64,000 nucleotides of DNA, taken from an uncultured Nitrososphaerota archaeon (GTDB lineage Archaea; Thermoproteota; Nitrososphaeria; Nitrososphaerales; CADDZS01). This document shows positions 22,613 to 33,083 of the stretch, in pieces; position 1 is the first letter of the stretch, and every line of letters begins with the position of its first letter. Location of the stretch: contig CAWCYI010000004.1 of the NCBI GenBank assembly GCA_963799845.1, forward strand, positions 1,792,001 to 1,856,000, read 5' to 3'. The notes under the pieces are model-generated. The model was not told the DNA's origin and did no database searches. It was given only the letters and a program-made list of their open reading frames with translations. The position numbers and the translations under genes were made by a program.

Positions 22613-22834
22613 ATTGCTTTGACTCTGGAAGCAAATTTGCATAAATATCTTAGGCCCTCAATCTTCCGTCGAGCTTTTGAAACTGCAATATTGGTTTGAA
22701 ATTGATTTTCTCTTGTATCGGAGATAAATTCCGTCGGCCTCTTGGAGTAGACCAGAAAAGCGTACTGAGTCTTCATATTCGATAAATCTCTTGCGAGGAT
22801 AACAAAATCGTTTTGAGATTAAGGAAGAAACGAC

Positions 22835-23347
22835 ATGGGAATTATTAGCTCCATCATGTTCGGAAACGACAAAAAGAGAAGGAAGCACAATTTCAAGAAG
22901 AAAAAGCAGTATTACAAAAAACAGTACTCCGGCGGGCAAAGGCATGCCCAATCTTCCTACGGACAACGATACCCACAAACCCAAACTAACTTTGCCAATC
23001 CTACACCTCGATTCCCGACACTCAAGGGTGAACTCGTCAGGAGTTTATCTGAGAAATACATTGCAGACTTTCTTTTCATGCATCATGTCGCATACGAGTA
23101 CGAGAGACCTCTTTCGCTGGAAGCTAAGACAGTTCATCCGGATTTCTACCTGCCTACTTACGGCATCTACGTTGAATTTTGGGGATTGCTTGACCGAAAT
23201 CATCCTGACTACTGGGAGAGTTTCAAATGGAAGGTCGACCAGTACGAAAAACACAGGGTGAAGTTTATTCCATTGTTGAATGAGGATCTTCCGAAGCTTG
23301 ACACAGTTTTCGGGGTTAAGTTGCGCCAAGCAATTCAAGCGAGGTAG
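22835..23347 (+). CDS. stand-alone PD-(D/E)XK nuclease-like protein
   Basis: GELVRSLSEK.IADFL...YEYE...PDFYLP...YVEFWG motif; basic/Gln-rich N-terminus. Confidence 0.7.
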   Translation: MGIISSIMFGNDKKRRKHNFKKKKQYYKKQYSGGQRHAQSSYGQRYPQTQTNFANPTPRFPTLKGELVRSLSEKYIADFLFMHHVAYEYERPLSLEAKTVHPDFYLPTYGIYVEFWGLLDRNHPDYWESFKWKVDQYEKHRVKFIPLLNEDLPKLDTVFGVKLRQAIQAR

Positions 23348-23355
23348 ATTCTACC

Positions 23356-23646
23356 ATGAAATACATGACGGATGCTCATCTTGCCAACGTTTCTCAATTT
23401 CTGAAAAGTAACCGAGTTAATTGTGAAACTGTTCATCAGTACATGAAAGGAAATGAGGATAGCCAAGTCCAAATTTATGATCCAGAAATTGTTCAATTTC
23501 TCATGAAGAAAAGATCAGAAGGAGTGGACATTACTTTGATTTGTAATGATAAAGATCTGGCGGGGCATTGTAGAGTACAGAATCTGCCGGTTATCTTTCT
23601 ACCGTATGCGGTACTTACTCTCATCAAAGAGTTGGAAAGTAAATAA
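23356..23646 (+). CDS. Mut7-C/DUF5615 PIN-like protein
   Basis: KYMTDAHL, D.EI, LICNDKDL motifs. Confidence 0.65.
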   Translation: MKYMTDAHLANVSQFLKSNRVNCETVHQYMKGNEDSQVQIYDPEIVQFLMKKRSEGVDITLICNDKDLAGHCRVQNLPVIFLPYAVLTLIKELESK

Positions 23647-23817
23647 TTGTCCTTCGATCAAAAGAATTAGTATTCTACTCAAGAGTTCTTGGAACGAGTG
23701 CTACTGTTTTTCCAAATTCGGAATGTAGATCGCTGACTCGATTGTAACGGTCTGATTTTTTTCAAGGAGATTATCCCTCTTGACTGAGTTCATGCATCAT
23801 TTCGAAAGGTGAGGGAT

Positions 23818-24294
23818 CTATACTTTTTTTCTCAATTGAACCTCAAATATCGAATCGAGTTGATTCTTATGCAAATCAATCGGATAATCTCGCAATTGCT
23901 CGCGGGTGAGTATTGTGCAATCATATTTTCGAGCTGTAGTTAACAAAAGGTCCATGTATGAGGGATCACTGTCAGCCTTTCTCAACATGCCATCGATTGT
24001 CTCAATATCCTGCATGATCATGTAGTTGCGAACTCTCGCGGATGCAATAACATCATTCAGCATTCTTGAATTAGACTGAACAGCTCTCCTCTTTTCCGCT
24101 GCGGCGATTTCTACCTTCAAATCGTGAATTGCTTCTCGAATCTTCGAAATCGTCGAAAATGGATACCAACTGATATCGTTGCATAGTCGCTCCAAATTGG
24201 ATCGATGGTACTGGAATCTATCCGCGCTCAGCAAAGAGCTAGATTCGCTAACCAATTTTTCATAACCCTCCAGTAGCGCGCGCGCGTTTCGCAA
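23818..24294 (-). CDS. hypothetical helical protein
   Basis: 158 aa ORF; frame stays open upstream through the AGCT repeat; start uncertain. Confidence 0.5.
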   Translation of the reverse strand: MRNARALLEGYEKLVSESSSLLSADRFQYHRSNLERLCNDISWYPFSTISKIREAIHDLKVEIAAAEKRRAVQSNSRMLNDVIASARVRNYMIMQDIETIDGMLRKADSDPSYMDLLLTTARKYDCTILTREQLRDYPIDLHKNQLDSIFEVQLRKKV

Positions 24295-24317
24295 CCGTGC
24301 GAGTCTGTTCTCCGCAC

Positions 24318-24397
24318 AGCTTGAAACAAGCTCTGTTAGCTCAGAAGAGCTTGAAACGAGCTGAACGGAGCTCAGAGAGCTCGAATCTCATTGAACG
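24318..24397 (-). repeat. phased AGCT array, copy 1
   Basis: AGCT at 24318, 24329, 24338, 24348, 24359, 24369, 24378; 24329-24397 matches the reverse complement of 39246-39314 at 64/69 nt. Confidence 0.9.
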
Positions 24398-24514
24398 AAG
24401 CGCAACTTGGATTCAATTGAACGGATTCCTATCTCACTGAATTACGGGTGATTAGGAGAATCAAGTTCGTTTGAAAACCCACTTTCTCTTAGTAAATGTC
24501 AGATATTACGGTCC

Positions 24515-25033
24515 TTAATCAATCCCCAGTATGATATCCTTTATCGCAACATAGTCTTTGGTACCCAGCCGGTACCCCACTCGAACCAGATCATCGAGCA
24601 TCTCCAGCACCTTTGACGCTTTCACGTCTCCCTTCTTTGCCCAATAAATCGGAAGGTAAGAAGTGGAACGAACGGGGAGCCCCATGGATCGAGCGGTCTT
24701 TGCTGCTATTTCGTCATCCATGAGCAGCCAATCGATTTTTCTGCCAGCTTCCTGCATGGCAAGCGAGATGCACTCTTTTTCTCCCTCGCCGAGATTGTCG
24801 GAAAGGGGCGGATTTCTAATGACTTTTTTCGACTTTACTACTTTGATCCAGCCGTCGTCGATCGCTTTCTCTATCTCGGGAACATCCGGGCTGCCGAGGT
24901 GCTTGCCCTTCAAAATCTCGTCCAGGACTGCTTGAGGGATAATTATCTGCTCAAAGGTTTCCCTCATCGCCTTCCAGAACAGTGGCACTTTAGCCGGATG
25001 GATGAGGCTGGACGTGTCGGCGACAGCTTTCAA
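24515..25033 (-). CDS. DUF3368-type PIN-domain toxin
   Basis: VADTSSLI, IPQAV.DE, LGEGE.E.I.LA, LLMDD motifs. Confidence 0.85.
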   Translation of the reverse strand: MKAVADTSSLIHPAKVPLFWKAMRETFEQIIIPQAVLDEILKGKHLGSPDVPEIEKAIDDGWIKVVKSKKVIRNPPLSDNLGEGEKECISLAMQEAGRKIDWLLMDDEIAAKTARSMGLPVRSTSYLPIYWAKKGDVKASKVLEMLDDLVRVGYRLGTKDYVAIKDIILGID

Positions 25034-25047
25034 GAAAAATGTTCTCG

Positions 25048-25386
25048 CTATCTTTTGCCGAAATCCGATTCCAGGGATAGTCTAATGCCCCTGATATCGA
25101 TCCTTATTGGGATATCCTCATTTTCCAAGATTTTGTATAATTCTGCGATGGAGATCCCCGCCAGCTCGGAGGCCTTCCCGACCGACAGCTTGCCTCTCCT
25201 GTATTCATCGACAGCTTTCCTCCTGTTATATTCATCCAACCCGATGTCCAGAACCTTCCGAAGTACCGACGAGCGGTCTATCTTTTCCTCCTTTGATATT
25301 CTTTCCAGCTTATCAATCTGGCTTTTGCTCACTCTTCCCGTGAGGTGCCTATTATCGGAATGCATTATTGTGCCACAAAGGGTCAA
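25048..25386 (-). CDS. UPF0175-family antitoxin
   Basis: IDRSSVLRK, Y..GKLSVGKASELAGIS motifs; upstream of DUF3368 gene. Confidence 0.85.
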   Translation of the reverse strand: MTLCGTIMHSDNRHLTGRVSKSQIDKLERISKEEKIDRSSVLRKVLDIGLDEYNRRKAVDEYRRGKLSVGKASELAGISIAELYKILENEDIPIRIDIRGIRLSLESDFGKR

Positions 25387-25512
25387 AGTGTGTTATAAAC
25401 TATTATGTCTGAAATCCGTTGTATAACTAGGGAGTTCTCGTAGCCGCGTATTCCGTAAAGGTATACTCGGTTAGCTTTATCTTAATCGAATATCATTTTT
25501 AGGTTGAAACTC

Positions 25513-25741
25513 TTGGCAGTCAGTGAACAAGTCTTCAACATTCTCGTCGAGAAAGACGAGGATGGTTTCTACGTAGCCTCCGTCGTAGAGCTTCCCGGCT
25601 GCCACACGCAGACCAAAACTCTCGACCAGCTGAAGCGAGAGGATCAGGGAAGCAGTTGAAGGATATTTGGAAACTTCTAAACCCGAACGAGGACCAGAAT
25701 TTGTCGGCCTTCAGCAACTCAGACTGCAAATATCCAAGTGA
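25513..25741 (+). CDS. hicB: HicB-family antitoxin (+1 frameshift near 25633)
   Basis: EKDEDGFYVASVVELPGCHTQ...ERIREAVEGYL read from the sequence; absent from the ORF track. Confidence 0.8.
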
Positions 25742-25980
25742 AACTGACTTTGCCGATAAAGGCGACTAAAGTTCGGAGAGTCGTTAAGGCACCCAACAAA
25801 CTGGGATTCAGATTGGAGCGAACTCATGGGAGTTATCTAATTTTCAAGCATCCTGATGGAAGGATAACCGTCGTGCCGCGACATAGCAATGAAGAGATTG
25901 GTCGTGGTCTATTGAGAAAAATTGCTATTGATCTGCGATTGTCGGCGGATGATTTTGCCAAAATTCTCGAAGAAAGCTAG
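25738..25980 (+). CDS. hicA: HicA-family toxin
   Basis: LGF...RTHGSY.IFKHPDGR.TVVPRH..EEIGRGLL; the usual GSH histidine reads as Y. Confidence 0.8.
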   Translation: MKLTLPIKATKVRRVVKAPNKLGFRLERTHGSYLIFKHPDGRITVVPRHSNEEIGRGLLRKIAIDLRLSADDFAKILEES

Positions 25981-26007
25981 CCAAAAACATCAGCTAGGTA
26001 TCTAGTA

Positions 26008-26289
26008 TCATTTAGAACCTGTGTGTCTAGAAAGATTTTCAATTAAAGCAGACTCTGATAGCTTTACATTTTTCTTAATCCTGGGAATATCTTCGCAATA
26101 TCTCTCGATCGCTCTTCGGATGTCGTCGAAATCTGATTTCTTCTTATTTGGTTCGAAGGATCTCTTCAAGGCTTTAGCATCTCCTGATTCCTCGAAGACG
26201 ACACTATCTCCTGCTTTTATTCCTCTTCTTTCGGCGAGCTTCTCTGGCGGCATAACTTGACGCTTTCTCGTAACCTGATGCCTTTTCAA
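26008..26289 (-). CDS. AbrB-family antitoxin-like protein, orphan/degenerate
   Basis: QVTRKRQV.PP...GIKAGDSVVF motif. Confidence 0.6.
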   Translation of the reverse strand: MKRHQVTRKRQVMPPEKLAERRGIKAGDSVVFEESGDAKALKRSFEPNKKKSDFDDIRRAIERYCEDIPRIKKNVKLSESALIENLSRHTGSK

Positions 26290-26401
26290 AATAGACTACG
26301 TTTCAATGTAGGACAATCTTTCTATTTTGATAATTCTTTTGATACAACGGCAACTCGATTAAATACACGATTAGAAAATACCCCTGATTTGAAGTAATTA
26401 C

Positions 26402-27256
26402 ATGGTACTGAAAGGATTTGCGATCAGCTGCTGGATCTGGTCGTCAGATTTCAGTTCGAACGATTTTGAGGCATTCAGAAATGCCAGTGAATTTGGTTTT
26501 ACAGGCATAGAAATTCCGACTCTTGATGGCGTCCTAGATAGCGTCCAGATCAAGAATGTTCTCAATTCGACGTCTCCTCGCCTAACGCCGATCATTATTG
26601 GAGGAGGCTTACCCCAGACTGATATGGCTTCAGACAGTGTTTCGATTGCTGAAAACGGATCAGACTATGTTAAGAGATGTATCAAGGCATGCGCAGACAT
26701 TGGCGGATCTCAGGTATGCGGCCCTCTGTACACCGCAGTCGGAAGTCTCCGATATTTATCAGAGGCCGAAAGGAACAATGTCCTGCAACGAGTAATCCGG
26801 TCTTTCAAAGATATTGGCAGGTACGCCCAGGATTTTGGCGTTTCCATCGCGCTGGAGCCACTCTGCCGCTACGATACTCACCTGATCAACACCTCAGCGC
26901 AGGCAAGGGATCTTGTCGATAAAATTGACCGGGAAAATATTGGAATATTGCTGGATACATTTCACCTGAACATCGAGGAAAAATCATTCAAGGATGCTAT
27001 CTCAACCGCTGGAGAAAAGCTCATCCACTTCCACGCATGCGAAAATGACAGGGGTACTCCCGGAACGGGGCACATCAACTGGAACGAGGTGTCAGATACT
27101 CTTCGCCTAACTGGATATGATGGCTGGATCTCGATAGAGTCGTTTACTCCATTTGATCCGAATTTTTCATCTGCAATGCGAGTCTGGAGAAAACTCGAAA
27201 GTACGCAGGACGAGATTGCTGCGAAAGGACTTGCCTTTCTGAAGACCAAATTCTAG
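26402..27256 (+). CDS. sugar phosphate isomerase/epimerase (D-tagatose/psicose 3-epimerase-like)
   Basis: ALEPL.RY, LDTFH.NIEE, HFHACENDRG.PGTGH, SIESF. Confidence 0.9.
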   Translation: MVLKGFAISCWIWSSDFSSNDFEAFRNASEFGFTGIEIPTLDGVLDSVQIKNVLNSTSPRLTPIIIGGGLPQTDMASDSVSIAENGSDYVKRCIKACADIGGSQVCGPLYTAVGSLRYLSEAERNNVLQRVIRSFKDIGRYAQDFGVSIALEPLCRYDTHLINTSAQARDLVDKIDRENIGILLDTFHLNIEEKSFKDAISTAGEKLIHFHACENDRGTPGTGHINWNEVSDTLRLTGYDGWISIESFTPFDPNFSSAMRVWRKLESTQDEIAAKGLAFLKTKF

Positions 27257-28810
27257 TCAGATTTCATGTCCTCCATTGCAATCATTGCCGTGTTATGCCC
27301 AGGTAATCCGGATACTCCACCGCCCGGATGGTTTGCCGGACTGCACATGTACAAACCCTTGATTGGAGTCCTGTACTCCGACCAGTTCGGGAAAGGCTTC
27401 AATGCGAGAGATTGATCTAAAGTAGCCTTGCCCACTCCTGGATCGCCGTATACAAGGCTGGGATTCAATCCCTCAATATCCTGCGGTGACAGTACAACTT
27501 TTTTCAGGATGATCTTCTTGACATTCGGAGCATAGTTGGACAATCGCTCAATGCACGCATCGGCAAAGCGCTCCTTCTGATCAACAGTCCAGGGCCTTCC
27601 ATTCACGAACACTGGAGCCCTGACAAAATTCCACATTATGTGTTTTCCAAGGGGAGCTCTCGTAGAATCATAGCAGGTCGTGTTATCGATCGTCATGAAA
27701 GGCTCTTTCGGTGGCTGACCAATTACGCAATCATTGTACGCCCGCGATATCTGGTTGAGCGAGTCGCCAATCTGCACCAGACCCGCTTTCTGGACCTCCT
27801 TCGGTCTGTAGTCGAGCCAATCATCCAGAGCTGCATGGATCATGACTTCGCTCACTTTCGAGTAGCGGAAACTCCTCACCTTCTTCTTGAAAGACTCATC
27901 AAGAGCAGAATCGGGGACAAGCTTGAGGAACAACGATTTCGGTTCCACACTAGCAACCACTCCCTTCTTTGCTTCGATCGTTGTCCCCTTTGCCGTCTTC
28001 ACGCCGTAAGCAGCGCCATGCCTGACGAGGATTTCAGTTACCTCCTGCCCCGTGATAATACTACCATTATGCGATTCCACGCACTTCCGCAGCGCTTCCA
28101 CAAGCGTGGTCATTCCGCCTAATGGAACGCCAGCTCCCCTGGTACTGCAGCAGTCCAAAGAAGACCATGACAAGAATCGCGCTCCCTGCGTCCTCCGGAG
28201 ACAGTGGAATGTGATTACTTCCCCACAGCGCAAGAAACGCCCTCATCTCCTCGGACTCGAAATTCTCCTCAAGCCAGTCCCTCGCCGACATGTAGGAAAA
28301 TTGTAGAAAGTCAAGCCCAGTGTCAGATCCCTCCAGCGCGCTCATCATTGATGAAAATAGAACCGGGGCCGAAGCAAGACTCCCGAGCAAGATGTCCTTT
28401 GATTCTATGAAAAATTCATAGAATTCTTTGAATTTGTCGGCGTCTTTTTTGGAGAATCTGGAGATCGATTTCAGAGTCAGGTTAAGATCCCGGTAGATCG
28501 AAATTGCTTCGCCGTTACGAAATGGCGTCGAAGCAACCGGATCGGGATCAACATCCCTGTAGCCATACTTCTTGAGTTCCAGTTCATCCTGAATTGAACT
28601 TGCCCTCCAGATGTTTATCGATGTAGCGAACATATCGTGCTTGAACCCTGGTAATGTTATCTCTTTTGTTACCGCTCCTCCACCAAGATAATTCTGACGC
28701 TCGATAGTTAGTGTGGAATATCCTGCCTTACCCAGGTAGGCGGCAGCGGAAAGGCCATTCGTTCCACCTCCCACGATAATGAAATCTGGCGAATCCAAAA
28801 GGTTGCTCAT
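27253..28810 (-). CDS. phytoene dehydrogenase-like FAD oxidoreductase (+1 frameshift near 28141)
   Basis: IVGGGTNGL, GGAVT.E.TLPGF.HD, YRTPIKGLY, HPGGGVSGLPG. Confidence 0.88.
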
Positions 28811-28965
28811 TCGGAGCTTACCAGCGTTCCGTATTTTAGGATTCAAACAGATTTTCGATACGAGGCTATTACAGATCCGAAAAAAAGAGGAAGGGTCCTC
28901 GCTCCGCTCGACAGTCTTCCCAAGAATTCAATTGCACGTATTCCCATGCCATTCTTAGACAACTG

Positions 28966-29395
28966 CTATCCAATCCGCGCCACCAGTCCGTCGAAACCTC
29001 GATCAAGAGAAATGAGATAATCCAGATTGTACTCCTTGATCTGCGTCAATATCGTATGGTCTGTGAAGCTCAACTCTTTGAGTTTCCCGCTCCGGAATAC
29101 TCTCCAGCTTTCGGCGAATGTCTTCTCGTCAACCCGGATGAGCCTTGCGAGTGTCAGTATTCTTTCCTCTTTTGATCCCAGGATGATCTTCCCGACCTTT
29201 ACCGCGTTCTCCACCCTCCCAGTACGAATCAGAGTCACGGTGAGCGCCTCATCAAACACGTAATCTGAGGTATAGGGCTGACCAAACTCACCTTTGCGAA
29301 TTCTTTCGAAGAGAAGAACAGCTGACTTTGTGATCTCGATTTTTCTTGTTCGCCAATGAAACGAACATGTTCGTGTCGATGAAAGAGCTGGTCAT
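28966..29395 (-). CDS. PIN-domain toxin (+1 frameshift near 29328)
   Basis: FIDTNMF, TSDYVFDE, LSFTD, SLDRGFD. Confidence 0.8.
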
Positions 29396-29405
29396 AAGAT
29401 TCAAT

Positions 29406-29705
29406 CTACCTTTTTATGATCCTTGTCTTTCTCCCGTAAAGTGTCTCGTCGATGTCTTGCCATCTCGACTTGAAACCCCAATCTTCGCTCAAAGCTAGAA
29501 TCCTCTGGAAATCCTCGCTGGACATCGGAACCGTTTCTTTGAGAACTCGATCTACAAAATCATCGCTTCTCTCGATTGCATCGCTGATGAGCGCTGAAAG
29601 CAACTCTTGCTGTGTGACCTTTTTCCCCCTGAGAGTGATGAGTGCTTGGAGCTTTTCCAGGTTTTGCTTATCAGCTTCGTCGACCTTTACTGTTGTGGTA
29701 GGCAT
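29406..29705 (-). CDS. RHH-type antitoxin
   Basis: TTVKVDE..K..LEKLQA...KVTQQELL, DIDETLYG; upstream of PIN gene. Confidence 0.75.
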   Translation of the reverse strand: MPTTTVKVDEADKQNLEKLQALITLRGKKVTQQELLSALISDAIERSDDFVDRVLKETVPMSSEDFQRILALSEDWGFKSRWQDIDETLYGRKTRIIKR

Positions 29706-29808
29706 TCAATTCATGGTATACAAGTATTCCAGATATACTTTGCTACCGACAGCAAAGCACATGAGCAAGATGATTGAGAGTTTCTTTGATGTAATCATTG
29801 AATTCCTT

Positions 29809-30660
29809 TCAAACATTCAGTACAATGACAACGCCCACAAACAAGACGACAATCCCGATTATCTGGATCTTTGTCAACCTGTCCTTGTAAAATGCAGTCG
29901 CGAGAATAGTGGTAACAACGCCGAGCAGGCTGGAAAGGGTCGTCACCAGAGCTGGACTGTTCCCGGAGTAAATGTACCCGAGGGTAAGAGCGGTAAACCC
30001 TGCCGAGTCAAGAACGGCCATAACGATTAACCACTTCCACGCACCGTCTTTCGGGAGCACGAGCTTTTTCATCGTTAAAAGGAGGAACGGGAACGAAAAC
30101 AAAACTGCGCCGACCCTCACGAACCAGACACTCAGCACCGATCCAAAATAGCCCGCGCCGTAATTCAGGCCGAGATAAGCTGCCCCGAAGAAAATGCTCG
30201 CGAGTAAAGCCGATACCACGCCGGTTGAATTTCGTTTCTTTGGGACCTGCCCCGATGAACCATCTGGACCGGGAGTGACACCGGACAAGATAACACCAGA
30301 AATCACTATCGCGATGGCGATTCCCTTTTCGAGTCCTATCCCCTGACCCAGCAGGACAAATCCAAAAAGGATCGTGAATATCGGAAAAGAGCCAGCGATC
30401 GGAGCCGTCAGCGACATGTTTCCAATCGAAAAAGCCCGGTAGAGGAGCATCAGTCCAAGGACATTCAGCGCGCCAACGAAGATGTCGAGCAGCATATAGT
30501 TCGCTCCCTTCGAAATGAATCCCATGCTCGGCAGCCCAGTGATCAGGATGAACGCGGAGAAACCTGCGAGGCTGAACAGCTGCATGTAAGCCGTAGAGTA
30601 GCCGTATCCGATCTTTCTCGACGCAAACCGTGAAAGGAAATCCGTCGTACCCCAGAACAA
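29809..30660 (-). CDS. EamA/DMT-family transporter (true start probably slightly upstream)
   Basis: about 10 hydrophobic helices in two EamA-like halves. Confidence 0.85.
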   Translation of the reverse strand: MFWGTTDFLSRFASRKIGYGYSTAYMQLFSLAGFSAFILITGLPSMGFISKGANYMLLDIFVGALNVLGLMLLYRAFSIGNMSLTAPIAGSFPIFTILFGFVLLGQGIGLEKGIAIAIVISGVILSGVTPGPDGSSGQVPKKRNSTGVVSALLASIFFGAAYLGLNYGAGYFGSVLSVWFVRVGAVLFSFPFLLLTMKKLVLPKDGAWKWLIVMAVLDSAGFTALTLGYIYSGNSPALVTTLSSLLGVVTTILATAFYKDRLTKIQIIGIVVLFVGVVIVLNV

Positions 30661-30807
30661 CGCAGCGAGCAGCCCAAAGATGGCCGGCGGGATCAGATCG
30701 TACTCTTGCCTCCAGAAGTAGCATGAGGCTAAATTTTCCGGGGAGAATCAACTTTGCGTTCAATCACGGGAAATTGATTTTAGAGGGCTTTCGAAAGAGA
30801 ACGTGGC

Positions 30808-31725
30808 TTGCCGAAGATCCAGTTTGGGTTCCAGTTCCCCAACGTGATGGGCTACAGTTCCTTTGATCGCTTGAGAAAAATTGCAGAAACGGTGGAGGAC
30901 CTTGGTTTCAACTCCATCTGGACTTCTGATCACGTCCTTCCAGTAGCGGCTTTCCAAAAAACAGCAGAACCTGGGATATACGAATCAGTAACGACTCTCG
31001 CTTATCTCGCGGCCGTTACCAAAGAGGTCACGATTGGATCGTCCGTCCTGCTCCCGCTGAGACACCCATTGTTACTTGCGACGATGTTCAACACGATAGA
31101 CCACGCCTCTTCAGGGAGACTACGAATTGGTCACGGCGTCGGCTGGTACAGATCCGAGTTTGAGAACATGGGAATCCCATTTGCAAAACGAGGTCTCGTG
31201 GCCACAGAGCAGCTGATGATCATGAAATTGCTCTGGACAAAACCATCCGTGAGCTACAAGGGAGAGTTCTACACTCTCAGGGGTGCAAAGGTTGTGCCGA
31301 AACCGGTGCAGAAACCTCATCCTCCAATCTTGATCGGCGGATCTTCGAATCAGGCACTAGAGCGCGCGCTCGAGCTTGGAAACGGTTGGATGCCGTTTGC
31401 TGCTTCCGTGGAGGATGTCAGAAAAGGAATGGAGGAAATTAAGCGAATCGCTTCCTCGAAGAAGAGGAATCTGAAAGATTTCCTTCTCTACGTGGATTTA
31501 CCCACTACGTTGAAGCCGAAAGGCGAGTCGGAAATAACTTTCAAGAAACTAAAAATTGATGACGACAGGGAAGAAAGTCTTACAGGAGATTTTTCCATTA
31601 TCACAAACAGAATCGAACGGTACATATCCCTTGGAGTGCAACAAATAATTCTTGAATTCGAGGAACACGAGAAAGAAATTGAAAACCTCAAGCTTTTCAA
31701 AAGTGAAATTGCGTCAAGGTTCTAG
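30808..31725 (+). CDS. LLM-class (probably F420-dependent) oxidoreductase
   Basis: GFNSIWTSDH, GRLRIG.GVGW..EF, PKPVQKPHPPILIGG. Confidence 0.9.
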   Translation: MPKIQFGFQFPNVMGYSSFDRLRKIAETVEDLGFNSIWTSDHVLPVAAFQKTAEPGIYESVTTLAYLAAVTKEVTIGSSVLLPLRHPLLLATMFNTIDHASSGRLRIGHGVGWYRSEFENMGIPFAKRGLVATEQLMIMKLLWTKPSVSYKGEFYTLRGAKVVPKPVQKPHPPILIGGSSNQALERALELGNGWMPFAASVEDVRKGMEEIKRIASSKKRNLKDFLLYVDLPTTLKPKGESEITFKKLKIDDDREESLTGDFSIITNRIERYISLGVQQIILEFEEHEKEIENLKLFKSEIASRF

Positions 31726-31855
31726 CAAGATCTCCCTAGGATTAGATCTTTTCTTCCACGTTCCTGCAGGAGGCTTTAACCGGAACGAAAAGAATATCCA
31801 ATTCATAGCAGTCTCGATTACAATTTAAGGAAAGTACCAAGACCTGTTTCCGAAT

Positions 31856-33017
31856 TTGAAAAATGAACAAGTGAAGGCAGCCGGTACTCACGGCTCCAAA
31901 AAAGATCGAGACCAGAACCTTTCCGACGCCGGAAATCACGAAAGAGACCGGGCTGGTCAGGATGCTCGGTTCCGGCATCTGCGGCACGGACAAGCACGTC
32001 TACACGATGGGCGAAGTGAAGCTCGGCCTACCGGGCGACATCGTAAAGCTCCCGATAATAATGGGCCACGAAAACCTCGGCGTAATCGAGGCGATCGGAT
32101 CCGAAGCCGCGAAGAAGATGCTCATGGAAGGCCCTCCGCTCGAAGTCGGCGAACGGGTCTATATCGCAGCCGACATCCGATGTGGTCAGTGCTACAACTG
32201 CAAGAACATCTACGGCTTCCCCTGGTGCTTGAATCACACGAGCTATGGTGACGTGATCAGCTGCACAAAGCCGCCACATCTATTCGGCGGCTACTCGGAA
32301 AAAATGTTCATCCTCGAGCACAGCGACCTCTTCAGAGTCCCCAAGAACCTACCTAACGAAATTGCGCTTTTGGCGGAACAGATGGCGGTTGCATACGGGG
32401 CATTCGGACGAGGATTCCAAAGTCCAATAACAAAAGAAGGGTACTCACCCGGCGATACTGTAGTGGTGCAGGGCGTCGGCTCGCTTGGGTTGTGCAACGC
32501 TCTGATGGCAAGGATGCTCGGCGCCGGAAAAATAATCGCAATCGACAAGTCTGAATACAGGTTGCGGCTAGCGGGGCAGTTGTGCTCAACCGAAGGAATA
32601 AGCCTGAACGAATTCCCAAAGCAGTCAGACAGGATCTCGAGGGTCAATGCGCTGACCGATGGGATTGGAGCAGACACGGTCGTCGAATGCACGGGAGATC
32701 CCGGAGTTATCTCCGAGGGTCTTGACATGCTACGCATAGGCGGGACGTACCTAGTAGAAGGAGCGTTTGTCGAAGATGCCGACACGCGAATCTCTCCGTC
32801 ACGTCAGGTTCTTGCGAAGAACGCGAGGATCATCGGAGTTTCAGGAATGCCGCACCAGGCATACGGGCGGGTGCTAAAGATGATGGACAGCTATCGCAAC
32901 ATCATCCCGTTTGAAAAGATGATAACTCACAGGTTCGACGTCGAAGACGCGAATGAGGCGATCGAAGTCTCAATGTCGCCGGACTCTGGCAAGGTCGCTC
33001 TCGGTTCAATGCGTTGA
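31856..33017 (+). CDS. zinc-dependent alcohol/polyol dehydrogenase (+1 frameshift near 31883)
   Basis: GICGTD, GHE, C..C..C structural Zn site, GVGSLG. Confidence 0.9.
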
Positions 33018-33083
33018 ATCACTGATCTTTCTAGAATCACTTGAGATTTCCTTAATAGCGAAAATCCGTTTCGGACTAGTCTA

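Noticed and set aside
24318-24397. AGCT arrays as a mini-CRISPR
   Set aside because: The repeat unit is 4 bp with 5-8 bp spacers that are shared between copies; no cas genes.
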